DNA of 61,278 nt, counting the filler, from Callorhinchus milii (lineage: Eukaryota): the NCBI RefSeq assembly GCF_018977255.1. It is 2 parts of 2 records of this genome, joined end to end, with 100 filler letters (N's around TTAATTAATTAA, not from the genome) between each part and the next. Parts side by side here need not be neighbours in the genome. Positions count along the whole stretch, not along the records: positions 1 to 30,594 come from NW_024705631.1; positions 30,695 to 61,278 come from NW_024705632.1. The stretch is one strand, 5' to 3'. Under the pieces are notes generated by a model. That model was not told the origin of the DNA. It saw only the letters and a program-made list of their open reading frames with translations, and made no database searches. Below are positions 13,063 to 37,265 of the stretch, piece by piece (the stretch's first letter is position 1; the number at the start of each line of letters is the position of its first letter). Both the position numbers and the translations under genes were made by a program.

Positions 13063-14235
13063 CACAACAACAAGATTCCTTTTATAGAGCGCCATTCAGG
13101 TCGGGAGGACGTCCCAAGGCGCTGTACAGTTGGGTCGGGACCCGAGCAGGTGGAAATAGTTTTGGTGAGGGGAGGAAGGGAGGGAGCGAGGAGGGGGTAG
13201 AGAGTCGAAAGGGGAGCTGGAGGCACGGTCAAAGAGAAAGGTCTTGAGACCGGTCTTGAAGGAGCAAAGGGAGGAGGCAAGTCGAAGGCACTGGGGTATA
13301 GAGTTCCAGAGCCTAGGGGCTGAGAGGCTGAAGGTCTGGCCACCAATTATAGGGCGGTTGGGGAGACGGATGTGGAGCAGACCGGAGCAAGAGGAACGGA
13401 GGTTACGGGCAGTTTGGTAGGGGGATAGTAGGTGGTAGAGGTAGGAGGGAGCAAGACCGTGAGTGGCCTTCTAGGTGAGGATGAGGATCTTGAATTCGAT
13501 CGTCTGGGGATGGGGAGCCAGTGGAGGCGAGCGAGGGTGGGAGTGATGTGGTCCCGAAGCCTGGTGCGGGACAGTACATCAGCAGTAGAGTCCTGAATGA
13601 CCTGCAGCTGGTGGAGGGAGGTGCCGGGAAGGCCGGCGAGGAGAGAGTTCCTTTCGTCCAGCCTTGAGGTGATAAATGCGTGGACCAGACTTTCAGCAGC
13701 GTGAGTGGTGAGGTACTGCCGTAGTCTGGCAATATTCCGGAGGTGATGGAAGGCGGTGCCAGTTGTCGCGCGGATATGAGGGAGCAAGGACAGCTCAGGG
13801 TCGAACAGGACACCGAGGTTCCTGACTGGCTTTGAGAGGTGGAGAGTGCAGTCTTCGATGCTGAGTCTGTCAGCCCCTGAGTTGCGGAAGCGCCAACGCA
13901 AACCAATCAGTTTTACGTACGTTGAGCTGAAGTAAGTTGCCTCTTGTCTAGGACTCGATGTCGGACAGGCAGGCTGTCAGGACATCGGTGATAATGGAGT
14001 TGATGGTAGAGGAGGAAAGATAGAGTTGGGTGTCATCCGCATACATGTGGAAATTAACCCCATGTCTGCGGATGATTTCACCAAGGGGGAGCATATAGAG
14101 GTTGAATAGGAGGGGACCGAGGACAGAGCCCTGAAGGACAGCACACGAGACAGTGCGGGGGCTGGAGGAAAAGCCATTCGTGGAAACAAAGTGAAGACGA
14201 TGGGAGAGGTACGACCTAAACCACTCAAGCACAGG
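13063..14235 (-). mobile_element. L2-clade LINE, 5'-truncated (RT C-terminus and 3' end)
   Basis: [33 protein letters not shown]; (GTT)n tail. Confidence 0.9.
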
Positions 14236-14502
14236 CTTTGCATATACTTTGTATTTATATATTTGCCTATACAATGGATAAGTTTATTATGTTCTATATA
14301 TTGATACGAGATGCCCCCCAAAATTGTGCGAATGACAATTTCCATTTACATAGGGATCCTCACACAGGGTAGCGTCCCAGAGCGCGTGACATCGGTGGAG
14401 CACAGCTCCGAACTGACGGGATGCCGAGGTGGCCTCAGCTACGGTCGAATAGGAATGTCGCCTGGATACATCTGAAGATGGAGAAGGAAGGGTCAATATT
14501 CG

Positions 14503-14822
14503 GATTCCTTCAGCTCAGTGGTTAGAGGAATCGTTTTGTAAGTTAGAGACCTGAGTTCAATTCCAGTCAGGGCGAAACCTTGGGCAAGTTTCCTTACTCC
14601 ACACGTCTAATAATAATCCCTCCAAAACCCAAAACAATAATAAATTGGTCATTTTCAAACTACGACTTTTTTTAGGACATTGCTGTGCGCAATTGGCTGC
14701 CGCGTTCGCCCATAAATATACAGTCAATTAACTTTACAGTGTGTTCTGTGAATCGCTTTGGGAAGTCCTCCCGACGTGAAAAGCGCTATATCAAATTCAA
14801 GGATTATTATTTTTTTATTATT
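14503..14822 (+). mobile_element. tRNA-headed SINE, same family as 2448
   Basis: Colinear with the 2448-2765 copy. Confidence 0.9.
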
Positions 14823-15769
14823 AATGTGGAGGGGTAGAGGAAGAATATTTCAGTCTTTCGGGCGAAGTGGCTAAAAGCGCAGTCACCATTGGTGGTATGG
14901 TGTGTGTGTGGAACAAGCCAATAGTTGGAAATAGACTTCCAACGTTGCCTATGGATTGTGTGATGGTTTTTACTCCTGTTCCCAAGATGGAGCTGAAGAG
15001 AGGCCAAGTTTCACCAACTAATGTTCCCACAGCAGCATCTTGCTTTGAGATTGTGTCACTGACCTGCACATTTCACGGTCTTTCTCTCCAGATGTGTTAC
15101 TGCGCAAGGAAAAAAACATAACAGGATCAAAGCAGGAATTGTTAATACAGTAATTCATATAATCAAGCATCTGCTCTGCCGGTTCTCTAATACCATCAAT
15201 GATCGGAACGTAACTACAGGTTAGCCATTTGAATAAAAATATGAGATCATCATATGAGATCATCGCTGAAAAAGATCCCAATGGGGGAATGAGCAAAGGC
15301 ACGATGGGGATAGAGAGAGCGAGAGCGAGAGAGAGAGAGAGCAGGGAATAGGATTTTTGCAGGCAGCTCCAGTTGGAGTGTGAGCACCGGCAGAGACATG
15401 ACAGGGAGGGAGAGAGCAGTGAATGGTATTCGAATAGAGAGCTCCAGTGGGAGAGCGGGCATCAACAATATTTTTATTCAAAGCATGTTAGACATCTTGA
15501 ATCCTCTCTCGTCTCTTCTCTCCCCTTTCTCATATGTCTTTTTTGCTCTATATAATCCCCTCACAACCTGCCCAATTCCCTCTCCTCTTTCCTCTCCTCT
15601 CTCATCCGCTTACTCTACTCCTCTTTCCGGTTTCCTTCCCTCTCTCTCGTCTCTGTCTGTCCGTGACAATAACACCAATTAAGTTCACATCAAATTAACC
15701 AAATTATCAAATTAAGTTAACAAGCCGTCAAAACAACTTAACCAGGCGCTGAATGGATAATGATTCCAG

Positions 15770-16090
15770 GAAGGTCTTGAGACGTACCCACATCTCATTA
15801 GCTCTGCCTCCACAGGCTCCCCATCCCCGAATGGATCAATACAGAGATCCGAACACTCTTGTTCAAATCCATTCATTCCCTGGCACCACCCAATCTTTCT
15901 GACATCCTAACTCCACATTTCAACTCCCTTCGCCTCCGCTCTACGGGCACCGACTTCCTGCTCATCCCTCGCATCCTCCACCCCAACATCGAAGTTCGCG
16001 CTTTTCCACAAAACTCTGTGACACTCTCCCTCAAATCCTTTTGCCTTCAGTCCTCTTTACACTTTTTCAAGACCCGCCTGAAAATCAGTT
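15770..16090 (+). mobile_element. Old L2 3' fragment
   Basis: FKSIHSLAPPNLSDIL, homologous to L2 FKAIHGLAPSYLSDLL. Confidence 0.7.
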
Positions 16091-16749
16091 TCTGTGATTT
16101 CGTTTGAAATAATACTCACCGAAGAGGAAAACAAAAAGTGGCTTCATTCTGACGATGAGAATCGGCTTTTCATGAACAAAGTCTAAAGACTGTGCCTGTG
16201 TCGGTGTTGTGTGTTTGTGTCTGGGAAGGGGAGGGGTGGGGGAGGGAGTGTGGGGAGGGGCTGCTTCGTAGACTTGTAGGAAAACCACATGAAGAAGATG
16301 TCAGGAGAAGCATGAGACTCTTTCTCTACACTGTCCACACGAAAGCAGCTCATGGTGTATTGCGCTGGAACTAAAGCACCCCCGTCATATACACCTCCGC
16401 CCACTGTGCATCTGTAATGGTTGTTAACCATATGTAACCTGATGCAGTGGTGGGCTCTGGGTTCGACATACAATGGCAACCTACCAGTGTCCACAGTGGA
16501 CACGCTGTATGGTTTTTGCGTGTTAAAATCCAGCAGTTACCTGCAACTCCACGAAGTATAACAATGCCTTGGAGTGGGTGCAGAATGGATTTACCAGGAT
16601 AATGCAAGGAATTGGGGACTACAGTTGACTGGAGAGAAAACAAAAGTGCGAATGTTTTCCTTAGAGCAGGGAAGGTTAATTGTGGGTTTAATAGAAGTGT
16701 TCCAAATTATGATAGAGTAGATAGGGAGAACCTGTTTCCATTGGCCGAT

Positions 16750-28880
<12,131 letters not shown>

Positions 28881-28939
28881 TTTGTGTAACGCCCAATTCT
28901 TATACAGCTCCTCCCTCTACACTACCTTACATAAAACCA

Positions 28940-29330
28940 ACAACAACAACTTGGATTTATACAGCTACCTCCACGCCGGAAGGCGTCTGAGAACGCTTCG
29001 GAATGCAGCCAAAAACTTTGTGCATGCGTTTGTCACCTCCGCCTGCGTTACTCATACGCATTCCTTGACTGTCTCCCCAGCTCCACTGTTTAAAACATCC
29101 AACTGTTTCAAAACTCTGCTGCCCGCATACTTAGCAGGACCAAACTCTGTTCCCGCATCTCGCCAGTTCTAGCCAGGATCCATTGATTCACGATCACCAA
29201 ACGGCTGGACTTCAAGATCCTCTCACCCGTTTTGAAATCGCTTCACTCCCTGGCAACTCTCTTCCTGTTCAACCTCTCTCCCGTTTTTCAACCCCCGCCT
29301 AAAAATTTACTTTCGACCGTGCAGACTCAT
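28940..29330 (+). mobile_element. Degenerate L2 fragment
   Basis: AAKNFVHAFVTS and CTTCAAGATCCTC matching the L2 RT C-terminus. Confidence 0.65.
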
Positions 29331-30594
29331 CTCCCAATCACAACTCTCGGCTCCCAGTCAGACTCCACCACTGTTAAATCCTTACATGGTGGCTCTATGT
29401 AAGTGGATGTTATTAATGTGTTGTTGTGGTATATAATATCGTTGGTGTGACACTCATTGTTGAAAAAAGTGCAATGATATACACAATGCAATCTTCGAGA
29501 GAATGTTTTTACAGGTTGTATTTTCTTGATGAGATACGTTGACTGGAATAACACGACACTTGTTCTGAACAATAGAAACAGAAGCAATATTCCTTGTTTG
29601 AAAAACTCCTCCGATGACGTTTGCTATCAGTGCTATCCTATTCACCAGCTGTTTCCCTAACGTTTTATATTACTGTTCCAGATTTTGATCTGATCCTGAC
29701 ACCAGCTCGCGTCTGAAATCCTGTACTCTGTCCAGCGCCTTGGGACGTACTTCCGACGAAAAAGGCGCTATACACATGTAATCTTGTTGTTATTGTTGTT
29801 TTTGATCAAATGCTCTCATCATGAAATATGTAAAACAATCTGATGTTAATGGTACATGATATACTAAGATAAAATAGGAGTGTTTTGCATAAACAGGCCC
29901 TTTGGCCTATGTGATATTATGGATGAGTAACTTCCACTCTATCATTCTCACAGCAAATCACCACGTGGCTATTTCAAAGCACCAAAGATCCGTTGCCTCA
30001 AAGACGCTTTATGGTAACAGTTCCCGATGTTTGCCAAGTTCTCAGTGAAGAAAAAACTCTTACTATCAATCCTGAAATGATCATTTGGAACTCTCTTCTA
30101 CTCTCTTAGTTCACCCTTCAGTACCATTCTGGGTTTACTTGTTCAATCAGCTTTACAATTGTGCACACCTCCATGAGATTTCCTTTGATTCAGCTTTCAG
30201 AATTTTATACTGCACTTCACCCAGGTTAGCGTTACGTAGGAAAATAGGTACAGGAATGAGCCTTTCAGCCCGTCAAGCCTGCTACGCAAAATAATCAGAT
30301 CATGACTGATATGTACCAAGACTAATCTTTTCAATTCCAATTTCTAACTTTTTCCCCATACCCTTTAATACCCTGACCTATCACTAATAAAATTCCTAAC
30401 ATGAGAAATAGTCAAAGTGTCTCTTCCACAAGAGAGTATGTAAAATATCTGTATATCTTGCTTTGGAGATGATCTGTATTAACCCAGTGTCTCTTTCACT
30501 GTGTGCATGACAAATGAGTCTGCCAATTACTTGAATTGAATTTTAGATTGACAAAGTAGGTGTTGGGACGTCCTTCCGACGTGAAAGGCGCTCT

Positions 30595-30694
30595 NNNNNN
30601 NNNNNNNNNNNNNNNNNNNNNNNNNNNNNNNNNNNNNNTTAATTAATTAANNNNNNNNNNNNNNNNNNNNNNNNNNNNNNNNNNNNNNNNNNNN
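30595..30694. other. Assembly gap (100 bp N spacer with internal TTAATTAATTAA)
   Basis: N runs flank TTAATTAATTAA at 30639-30650. Confidence 0.97.
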
Positions 30695-31099
30695 CGAGGC
30701 GCAGAGATAGAGACAGACTCACAGCAAGAGAGACACAGACAGAGACACAGAGTGGATATGAAACCCTTCACCAATGGGGACAGAGTGACGGTTGGAGGAG
30801 GAGGAGAAGCGCGGACTTGGCGGCGGCGGCGGCGGCAGTGAGGGGTTGAGCAGTCGGGGAGGGAGCGGCCCCGAGAGGCGGGACAACTCGGCGCTGATGG
30901 CGGATCAGGTCAGTGAGACGGAGTGTGAGAGCGTGTGGGTGTGTGAGCGCGTGTGGGTCTCAGTCTCTCTCTCTCGGTCTCTCACACACATTCCGAGTTA
31001 TCAGATAATTAATAAAACTCGTGAAAGTCAATCTCTCTCTGTGTTTCTCTGATCAGTTCGCGCTCACTCAGGGCCCGGATCAGCGCAGACTTCCTGCGC

Positions 31100-31890
31100 G
31101 GATGTGGACAAGACGGAAGCTACTCCTCGGCTCCCGTCACCGCCTTCACTCCTGAGGATCTGAGCTCCTCAACCTCCCCGGACTCTCCTCAGACTCCCCG
31201 AACCATGTGCCCAACCCCGGGGTCCGGCTCGACCCCACCGTCCTTCCTCCCCACATCCCGTCCCCCACCAGGACCACCTTCCTCCACCTTCGCAACATTG
31301 TGCGCCTCAACCGTCCGGACCCCGACTGCGGCCGAAACCCTCGGGCACGTGTTTGTCACCTCCCGCCCGGATTCCTCCAACCCACTCCTCACCGGTCTCC
31401 CCGCGCCACCATTCACAAGATCAGCTCATTCAGACTCTGCCGCCCGCAGACTGACCCCAACAAACTCTGTCCCACCTCTCACCAGCTCCGGCCCGGGCCC
31501 ACGGGCTCCTCATCACCAAACCGACCAACCTCAAGATCCTCTCACTCTCGCCCCTCACTCCCTCTCCAACCTCCTCAATCCATCACCCAGTCAGCGCCTA
31601 CAGTCGACTGGCACCGGCCTCCTTCGCGTCCCTTGCTCGCTCCGCTCTACCATCAGAGGTCACGCTTTCAGTCACTACACTAGAAATCTCTGGAACACTC
31701 CCGTTCAATCCCTCCGCGTTCCCCTGTTCTCCCCTTTTTCAAATTCTACCTGAAAACTTTCCTTTTCGACTGTCGTTACAGCCTCCTCCGCTAATCCCTC
31801 CCCCCGGCTTGGAGTCAGGCTCCATCACTGTTAAGCTCAGAGAAGCTGCCCTACATAGAGGGCGCTATATAAGTGCAAGTTGTTGTTGTT
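31100..31890 (+). mobile_element. L2 3' fragment
   Basis: LPHI..TTFLHLRNIVRL, AAETLGHVFVTSRPD; ends GGCGCTATATAAGTGCAA(GTT)n. Confidence 0.8.
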
Positions 31891-33224
31891 TGTGGTTGAG
31901 GGAAGCTGAGCTGTGCAGTATGTCTGTGTATGTGTGTGTGTGGTTGCCTGTGTGTCTGTTTGTGTGTGTGAGATTGTATGTGTGTATGTACATGTGTGAT
32001 TTTATGTGTGTGTGTGTTTGTAAATGTGTGTACATGTCTGTACATATTATCAATGAGACCTCTATATAGACTGATATTAACAGTCTACCTGCTGCCTGTC
32101 TCTGTGTGTGTGTGTGTGTGAGTGTATGTATGTCATGGATTGAATAACCAAATTATTATTAAATTGAAGGTTTATTAACCCTGGAAAGTGATCTAACACC
32201 TGGGTTCCTACTGATCAGCCCCGAGGCTGTGGAACTCTATCCCCCAGTGCCTTCGCTGCCTCCTCCCTTTCCTCCTTCAAGGCCGGTCTGAAGTCCTCTC
32301 TTTGACCGTGCCTTCAGCTCCCCTCTCGACTCTCTAACCCCTCCTCGCTCCTTCCCTTCCCTCACCCTGACCATTTCCCCAATGCTCGGATCCTGACCCA
32401 ACTGTACAGCGCCTTGGGATATCCTCCTAACGTGAAAGGCACTCTACAAATGGAATCTTGTTGTTGTTGTTGTTAATGCCAGGTAAACAGTGATGTGAAA
32501 TAAGGAAACTTGCCCAACTTTTCACCATGTTCAGGGATAAACCAGGGTCCTCTTGTGAGGCGAGTGCAGTAATCAATAAGCTACAGGACTCCACAACAGG
32601 AGCTGAGTGGGAAGAGTCCCTGTCCCAGGGTCTGGTCTGTTCCTCCCAGTCCTGCTGAGCCAGGCTGGGCCGCTCTGTGGCAGACAGTGACTGTGGCTCA
32701 GCCTGGCTCAGGACCGGGGGGACACAGAGAGAGAGGAAGAACAGAGAGAGGCACAGAGAGAACAGAGAATGGCAGAGAGAAACACACAGAGAGACAGAGA
32801 GAGGCAGCAACAGAGACCTTGAGTGACAGAGACTAAGAGAGAGACAGAGATACCGAGCAACACAGTTAGAGAAAGAGTTACAGAAATAAAGGGATATAGA
32901 GAGAGACAGAGAGAGAGAGAGACATCATATAGCTGATATTGACAGTGACACCTCTGTATCGTGTGATATTAACAATGTCACCTCTCTATGTCGATATTAA
33001 CAGTAACACCTCCCTATAGACTGTCCCGCCCTGTGACACCGCAGTCCGGAGTCTCCTGTATCTGCTCCTCATTCTGTGTCGTGTCTCACATCTCATCACA
33101 GCCAATCCTGACATCACAGCCTCACAAGTCACACGGAGAGATTGTACATCCGCCCATTTTATTGTGATACCAACACAACACAAAGCAAAATGACATTTCA
33201 CGATATGAGTTTGTCCCGGGACAT

Positions 33225-33630
33225 AAACTTGGTCACTATTCCGGTCAGTTTAGGAGGACGAGGGGTGATCTAATCGAGGATTTTAAAATAATAAAGACAT
33301 TCGATAGTGTAGATACAGAGAAATTGGAATCCAGAACAAGGGGGGCATCATCTTAATATTAGAGCCGGGGTATTTAGGAGTGAAATTAGGGGTAGTTTTT
33401 CACCCAAAGGCCGGTGGGAACCTGGAACTCTCTCCCCCAAAAGGCTGTGGATTATGGTTGGATCCATTCTCACTGTCCAGACGGAGGTGGGGAGAGGTTT
33501 GTCAGGTCGGGGTGTTAAGGGATACGGGGCAAAGGCCGGTAACTGGGGTTGGGGTACAGATCAGCCGTGATCTTACACAATGGCCGAACAGGCTCGAGGG
33601 GCTGAATGGCCTCCTCCTGTTTCTATGATC
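33225..33630 (+). mobile_element. CR1 LINE 3' end
   Basis: AGGGGTGATCTAATCGAGG..TTTAAAATAATAAAG (RGDLIE-FKIIK); 3' UTR GGCTGAATGGCCTCCTCCTGTT; paralog at 36930. Confidence 0.8.
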
Positions 33631-34694
33631 CTCGACTTTCTGCCCATTAACCCCCGAACCTCTCTCTGATTGATCACCCTCACCCCTGTCAGAGGGTCAG
33701 GTCAGTGTCAGGTCGGCGTTAGGGCCAGGGCTGAAGTAAAGGAAGTGTTTCCCAGTGAACATGTGGATGAAAGTGAAAGGATGAGACATGTGGTCGGCGT
33801 CGTACAGCGACACCTGTCTTCCCGCATAGTCCAGGTACACTCCCAGCACCTGGGGGTCACACTCAGTGGGAGGGGGGTAAGAGGTGAGGTTGGAGCTTTA
33901 TATTCCGCACTGTACAGCCCCACAGCCCAGACTCCAGCCTCAGTTCCTTGTGTGAAATTCCCCTTCCTAAGCAAACTCTCGGGCCACCCCCACTATACAG
34001 TGTGTGCTGTTCCTCACCCCCACCTCCCAGTAACGTCTCCCTGATGTGAACCCCTCAGACCCCAGGTCACTGGGTCAGTAACTGAACCTCTCCGGGGTGT
34101 CAGGAACCTGCTGACTCTAACTCGGGTCCGGTCCTCAGACAGGATGAGCCGGGGATGGGTTGTGTTAGGATCCAGAGTCAGAGAGGCTGGAGCTGAAACA
34201 CAGAATGTTGACATGTTGGAGATCGTGTGGTGAACGGTTGACATTATATTTCAATGGTTCTTTCCGTGAGGTTTGGATTCCTGCTCTGTGTGTCTCAGGT
34301 TACACATGGGACCCAGTAATGTCTGGCTGTGACCCGGGGCCCGGCACCGCGGGCTGAGGTGGGCTGAGCTCCCAATGATCTTATTCAGCATTCCCGACCG
34401 AGGGGATGAGGAATGAGAACAAGACATTTACTGCACATCTATTCCCAGAGTCAAACTCCAATCACAGGAACACAGTAAGAGCCAGTGTTACCTGCAGTGA
34501 TGCCCTTTAACAGGAGTTTCCACTCTCTGCTCTGCAGAGACCCAATGAGGTCCCTCTCAGCCACATCAACAGACACTTTTGTGGATTTCTTGATGTCAAC
34601 AGCAGACCGGGGCACAAGATAGAGATTTGTTTCATTAAATTCAGGCACAATATCGATGACTCAGGTGGAGATTTTCACCATCACCACCATTGTG

Positions 34695-35030
34695 GAGTCC
34701 TGCAACTGAAGAGTTAGAGCACTCGCTTCACAAGCCAGAAGATCCTGTTTCGATTACCAGGTAGGGCAAAACATTAGGTAAATTTCCTTCCATTACAACT
34801 CAGTGCTTTCCTATTGACACCTTGTAAGTAAGAACCAAGTTGTTAGTCGATTAGCAGATCAATTTTCCAGAGGTAATAACCTCTTGATTCCAATTTGCTT
34901 GGGACACTGCAATGGGCTGCTGTGTTTCTCCCAGAAAATATAGAATCATTTACGGTGTTTTCTATTAAGTGCTTTGCATCACCTCAAAGAGCTGATAAAG
35001 CACTCTATCAAGTGATAGGATTATTATTAT
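34695..35030 (+). mobile_element. Degenerate tRNA-headed SINE in TRIM intron
   Basis: GGAGTCCTG..GTTAGAGCACTCGCTT head and (ATT)n tail. Confidence 0.75.
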
Positions 35031-36929
35031 CATCTAAATTCCCTGTAGAATTTGGAAATAGACTGGACAGATATAATGTTCTGGGCTCTCACACCCGTAT
35101 GTTTCTCTGTGACTAATAACACTTTCTGTTACACAAAGGGAATGTCACAAACTAGATGGACAGAAGGAAAGATTACAGACCTGTCAATGATGGATTTGAT
35201 ATCCTGAAAAGAAATAAAAGTAAGGAGAGTTACAGTCAATCTTGCACACAGCCATCGAGATGAATTTGAACAGCTATGAGGCAGCTTAATGCTGCGATTC
35301 CTGATAACTTATCATTCCGAGGCAACAGGTCTCAGTGACAAGGTATCAGGAGTGGCCAGTAAGGCATATGTATACATTCATAAATAAATGAGGCCGGGAT
35401 AGTGACAACGTGATGACGTCAGGGGTCGTGACAAGTTAAGTCAGTGTTGTGTCATCAGCAATCTACTGTTTCAATGAATTAAAACTAAATTTCTGATCAG
35501 AGTCACAGCAGTTTGTAGTAATTCAATCATTTAAGGTCACACAAAATACTTCCCCCTCGTATACATCTCTTTCAAAATTCAGCTTTAACATCCTCACCTG
35601 TCTATCTATCACACCAGACACACACCAGCATTAACACACTCACTGTCTGTCTATCACACCAGACACACAGCCTATGCACCTTCAGGAATTCGGTGTTCTG
35701 CAGAGTCAGTGTTTTCTGGATTTCTGCTATTCTCTGATTAATAGAAGTAATTTGCTTGGAAATGTGGCTCTTATTGTTTTCTATTTGGCCCACGATGGCC
35801 TCCTCCTGCAGTCTGAGTTTGGTGATCAGGTCTCGCTGCTCCTCAGTCAGCAGCTGGTGACGTTTAGCAAATTCAGCGTCGATGTTCTTCCTCAAATGCT
35901 CGGCTTGTCTCTGTCTCAATAAACACAATGTTAACATTATCCAACACAAGAACAGGGGCTCAGCCTGTCAGTCACGGTGACATTGCCCATGAACCTGCTG
36001 ATATCATCCTGAGTGGGAGGGTAGCGAGGTCTCCTGAACTGAATCCAAGGTGACCTGCCTGGCAATGGAATGGCGGCATCGAGAGAGGCCTCTGTGACGG
36101 TCTCTTGTCCAGTTCCTGAGCCAGGCCGGTCCACCCTATCCCAGGGCACTGCTGATAACGGCACAGCCCAGCCTGGCTCATCGGCAGGACCTGGATAGGC
36201 AGACGAGTCACTGTGGGCAGTGAGTAAACCCACTCATCTCCTGTTAACCCTGCGATATCAAGCCCTAACCTGTAGGGTGGTCCTGGTTGGAAACAGCGGG
36301 AAAGTTTGTCATACAGCAATATCAATGGGATGGGCTATATCAGAGCTGATATACAAACCCCTCACCTTCATTTCCAGTTGAGTAGCTCCTTCTCTCTGAC
36401 ACCGAGACATTTCATCCAACTGTTTGTGAAGGGTTCCAGGGCTTTCTGCAGCTTTTGCTGAAACAAAGTGAATGTAAGTAAACAGGGAGAAGGGACAGAG
36501 TCACTATTACTGGTTGAGGATATTCCACTTGTGTAACAGAGCTGTAATATTCTATTCCACTCGATCGACACAGTCAGATGGTGAGGCCGCTCAGAACTTC
36601 TGGATTTACCTAACATGCCGTCAGCAAACCAGCCAACACCAGGGCTCGAACACACAACCTTCTGACGCAGAGGCCGGCGAGATTGCTGCTCAGTGACCGG
36701 CTGTACACAATATCATCTCTTTCCTAATATGTCACATAGAGTGTAACAGCACATAGACAAAGCTTCATCTGCTGGACTAAACTTTCGCTTGGTCATCAAA
36801 CCAATCTTACATATAAAACACCTGGTTCAGTGGATCAGATTGTGGCGTCTGAGTCAGGAGTTTGTGGGACATTGGTGCGTGCAAATAGGCAGCTGTGCTC
36901 ACTGTCAGGTCACTTTAGGGTTCCATAAA

Positions 36930-37265
36930 CCTGGTCAGTATTCCCTTGAGTTTAAAAGGTTGAGGGGTGATCTGAATGTGGTGTTTAAATTAATAAAGGA
37001 TTTTGATAGAGCAGATACAGAGACAGTATTTCTTCTGGTGACAGAACTCAGAAGAAGGGGAATAACATTAGTTAGAAACCTGGAACTCTCGCCCCCAAAA
37101 TCGGTGGATTAAGACTGAGGTGGAAAGAGTTTTGTTAGGTCAGGGTATCAAGGGATATGGGGCAAAGATTGGGATTTATAGTTGATGTACAGATTAGCCA
37201 TGATCTAACTGAATGGCAAACAGGCTTCAAGCCCTGAATGGTCTCCTTCTGTGCCTATGTTCCTG
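36930..37265 (+). mobile_element. CR1 LINE 3' end
   Basis: YSLEFKRLRGDLNVVFKLIKDFDRAD. Confidence 0.85.

Larger units (their letters stand above)
7545..16147 (-). pseudogene. SRCR + Ig-domain type I membrane receptor, 9 coding exons, probably disabled
   Basis: Phase-compatible exons: 16147-16120 (MKPLFVFLF), 15099-15064 (VTHLERKTVKCA), 12394-12080 (SRCR), 11729-11445 (Ig), 10583-10485 (TM), 9524-9497, 8932-8889, 8044-8004, 7553-7545 (VY*). GT-AG boundaries except the Ig acceptor (TG); in-frame TAA in the Ig exon. Confidence 0.8.

Noticed and set aside
29327..29645. Two overlapping minus-strand ORFs in unique sequence
   Set aside because: No recognisable domain or convincing splice boundaries
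30639..30650. Palindrome TTAATTAATTAA
   Set aside because: Sits inside N runs; artificial scaffolding spacer
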